Origin: Alphaproteobacteria bacterium
GTDB lineage: Bacteria; Pseudomonadota; Alphaproteobacteria; GCA-2746255
DNA: 64,000 nt
Direction of reading: 5' to 3'
Assembly (NCBI GenBank): GCA_965249135.1
Contig: OZ252220.1
Location: 1,888,001 to 1,952,000, forward strand
Every line of letters begins with the position of its first letter. The stretch's first letter is position 1. This document shows, in pieces, positions 61,528-64,000 of the stretch. Made by a program: the position numbers and the translations under genes. The notes below the pieces were generated by a model. It was given only the letters and a program-made list of their open reading frames with translations. It was not told the origin of the DNA and ran no database searches.

Positions 61528-62421
61528 TTAAACCATCCGGGCAAGTTTCCGAAGGACCGTAATCCGGGCGGCTCCCATCGCGATGAGGGCCGTCGCCACC
61601 GGTAGGGCTGCGATGGCAACCCAGTGCTGGCTCGTTAAGGAAAGGCCCGCGAGCATTTCGATGTCCAGCCGTCCAACCAACATTCCCGCAGCCATGAGCA
61701 GGACGACGGCCAGTGCCGTTCCCAAGATCCCGCCATGAAAGCCGAGGCGCATCGCGTGGGCTTGAAACTGATTGGCGATATAGCTGTCCCGTGCGCCAAA
61801 CGTGTGAAGAAGAGCGATGGTGTCTTGATGCATTGCAAGCCCGGTGCGAGTTGCGAAGGTGATCATCGTCACGGTGGCAAGCCCAATCAGCAACACAATC
61901 CCTGAAGCGACAACTTTGACGGAGCTGGCAAAGGTAATCAGCCGTTCCAGCCACAACTTATGATCGTCCAGCGAAACGCCCGGCACCTCCGCCGTCAGCC
62001 GTGCCTCGAGCTCTACCAGATTCATCCGTTGTGCCGTATCCAAGGTGACATCGATCAGCTTCGGCAAGGGGAGCTCCTGAAGGATTTTACCACTGCCGAG
62101 CCAGGGTTCGAGCAACCCTGCGATCTCGGCATCCGTCAGGGCTTCCGCACGAAGGACTCCCGGCGTGCTCTGCAGAATCTCCAGAGTCCTCGCAAGATGG
62201 TCTCCAAAGGTGCCGGGTAGCGGATTGTCTGGGCCCGGAGGCAATAGTTGCACGGTTACGGTTCCGGAAAGGCCTTGATCCCATCGTTCGAGCGCCGCTC
62301 CAAGAGAAAGAACGCCACCCAATGCCAGGCCGGCCAGGAAAACCATCAGGGCAATAATCCAAGGCAGGGTTCGCGCCGATGGATCGCGATGCAGTTGCAG
62401 CTCAACGGGTCTTGAAAACAT
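61528..62421 (-). CDS. ftsX: Cell division ABC transporter permease FtsX
   Basis: IIALMVFLA, LLEPWLG, LPLP.LID, GARDSYIA; 4 TM segments; follows ftsE. Confidence 0.9.
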   Translation of the reverse strand: MFSRPVELQLHRDPSARTLPWIIALMVFLAGLALGGVLSLGAALERWDQGLSGTVTVQLLPPGPDNPLPGTFGDHLARTLEILQSTPGVLRAEALTDAEIAGLLEPWLGSGKILQELPLPKLIDVTLDTAQRMNLVELEARLTAEVPGVSLDDHKLWLERLITFASSVKVVASGIVLLIGLATVTMITFATRTGLAMHQDTIALLHTFGARDSYIANQFQAHAMRLGFHGGILGTALAVVLLMAAGMLVGRLDIEMLAGLSLTSQHWVAIAALPVATALIAMGAARITVLRKLARMV

Positions 62422-63141
62422 TCAGGCTATTTCCCGCGCGTCGCTCTTCGTCTGCACCACGGCGGCCTGGGTGCGAGGCGTCAGTTCACCATCTTCAAGA
62501 TGGAGTTGCGGATACTGGAAACGTCCCACTAGGGCTTCATTGTGGGTGGCGATAACAACCGTCGTGCCGATTTTGTTGAGCTCTTCAAACAGGTGGAGAA
62601 TTCGCATGGCGCTTTGTTCATCTACATTGCCGGTCGGTTCGTCTGCAAGCAAAAGACTCGGTCGTGAGATAATGGCCCGGGCAATTGCGACCCTCTGTTT
62701 CTGGCCTCCCGATAGCGTAGGGGGCCTGGCGTCTATTTGATCGGTAAGGCCAACCCATTTGAGCAACTCTGCAACGTGCTCGGCAGCCTGCTTCTTTTTT
62801 GTGCCGGCTAGCCGGAGCGGCAGGGCGACATTCTCCAGAGCAGAAAGGTGGTCGAGCAGTCGGAAATCCTGAAACACGATCCCGATACGGCGACGCAGTG
62901 CCGGTAAGGCGCGATGCGGCAAGGTAGTGACGTCCTGCCCGAACAGTCGTATCCAGCCTCGGGTCGGACGTTCCGCAAGGTACATCAGCTTTAAAAGAGA
63001 CGATTTCCCGGCTCCACTTGGGCCTGTGAGGAAATAAAAGGAACCGGGCGCCAGATCGAACGAAATGTTACGAAGGATCTCCTCGCCAGTGCCGTAGCGC
63101 ATGCCGACGTTCTGAAATCGCGCCAAGTGGGTTGTATTCAC
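62422..63141 (-). CDS. ftsE: Cell division ATP-binding protein FtsE
   Basis: GPSGAGKSS, VFQDFRLL, LSGGQKQR, LADEPTGN; GTG start with AAGGAG RBS. Confidence 0.95.
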   Translation of the reverse strand: MNTTHLARFQNVGMRYGTGEEILRNISFDLAPGSFYFLTGPSGAGKSSLLKLMYLAERPTRGWIRLFGQDVTTLPHRALPALRRRIGIVFQDFRLLDHLSALENVALPLRLAGTKKKQAAEHVAELLKWVGLTDQIDARPPTLSGGQKQRVAIARAIISRPSLLLADEPTGNVDEQSAMRILHLFEELNKIGTTVVIATHNEALVGRFQYPQLHLEDGELTPRTQAAVVQTKSDAREIA

Positions 63142-63290
63142 GCTCCTTCTATCTCCAAAAGACAAGGAAATTCAGCCTATAGAGGATCGCACAGAGGGCT
63201 TTACCGCGTCCAGCGCTCCCAACGATCCTTGCCTTTCAAACTTGCCTCTGCCTATAAAATCAGCCAGTTTTTCCGGGGGGCAGTTCTTAA

Positions 63291-63941
63291 ATGATTCTCA
63301 GCTGCAGTGCTTGTTCGACACGGTATCTCCTTGACCCGGACGTCCTTACTTCAGACGGGCGTCGAGTCCGCTGCACGAAATGTGGCCACGTCTGGCATCA
63401 AGAACCTCCAGGCGCATCGCAGATCCAGGCAGAACCGGTGCCTGCGGAGCCGCGGGCGATTCCACGGGACTCGGACCTTGGACAGGCTCGGCATGCAGCA
63501 GCTGGCGGACGGAACTTTCTAGGATGGGCAACATTGCTGCTTTTTGTTGCCGGGACAATCGTCATCGGGCTTCTTGCGCGTCAGCAGGTCGTTACGGCTT
63601 GGCCGCCGATCGAACGGCTATACATGCTCGTCGGTTTGGAGTCCGAGGTGGTTGGTACGGGACTCGAAATTCGCAACATCACGTCGGAACGCTTGCTTGA
63701 AGAAGGAGCTCAGTCGCTTGTCATCAAAGGTGAAGTAATAAACACTTCCGAGGCAGTTCGAGAAGTTCCTAATCTTTCCGGCAGGCTTCAGGATTCACAA
63801 GGCGGAACGGTTCACGAGTGGCGTTTTACGGCTACGGAAGCACGCCTTCTACCCGGCGAAATCGTTATCTTCGAGACAAGAGTTGAAAACCCTTCCTCCG
63901 AAGCCGAGGCGCTAGCCATCAGTTTTATTGGACACAACTAA
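63291..63941 (+). CDS. Zinc-ribbon + TM + DUF3426 protein (ZitP-like)
   Basis: CSACSTRY...GRRVRCTKCGHVW, one TM segment, periplasmic domain I.GEV.N...VP.L...W.F. Confidence 0.85.
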   Translation: MILSCSACSTRYLLDPDVLTSDGRRVRCTKCGHVWHQEPPGASQIQAEPVPAEPRAIPRDSDLGQARHAAAGGRNFLGWATLLLFVAGTIVIGLLARQQVVTAWPPIERLYMLVGLESEVVGTGLEIRNITSERLLEEGAQSLVIKGEVINTSEAVREVPNLSGRLQDSQGGTVHEWRFTATEARLLPGEIVIFETRVENPSSEAEALAISFIGHN

Positions 63942-64000
63942 ATACCACCTTCGTAATTTCTTTCAACGCTTCTAGTAACGATTAAGAAAATGGCGCATGT

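Overview
GC-rich alphaproteobacterial chromosome segment, Rhodospirillales-like by gene content: class I LysRS, CIRCE-controlled groESL, pha genes, nrdJ, ftsEX, and CtrA and alpha-type LexA motifs. Most of the window is housekeeping: lspA-ileS-ribF, tRNA-Leu(CAA), coq7, ctaA, cysHD-cysNC, groESL, pyrD, lysS, phaR/phaC-like/phaAB, gloB, metXW, chorismate mutase-hisC-tyrC, nrdJ, plsC, gmhB, ftsXE. The standout is a ~13 kb cluster (28031-41187) between pyrD and lysS. It encodes a compact T7-like (podoviral) particle module: portal, scaffold, capsid, tail tubes A/B, tail fibre, TerL, 3-TM holin and a SleB-like hydrolase. I see no integrase, replication genes or att repeats. Next to it is a divergent HTH-S24 repressor. 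A palindrome AGGA-N6-TCCT covers the -10 box of both leftward promoters in identical register and is the probable operator. This looks like a host-domesticated, podovirus-derived gene transfer agent candidate (inference). Several of its genes carry small indels in this sequence. Other oddities: a Rieske oxygenase with two in-frame TGA codons at conserved Trp positions, a 203-nt dual-coding overlap in the PHA locus, and two perfect short tandem duplications. All calls are from motif recognition by eye; no database search was run.
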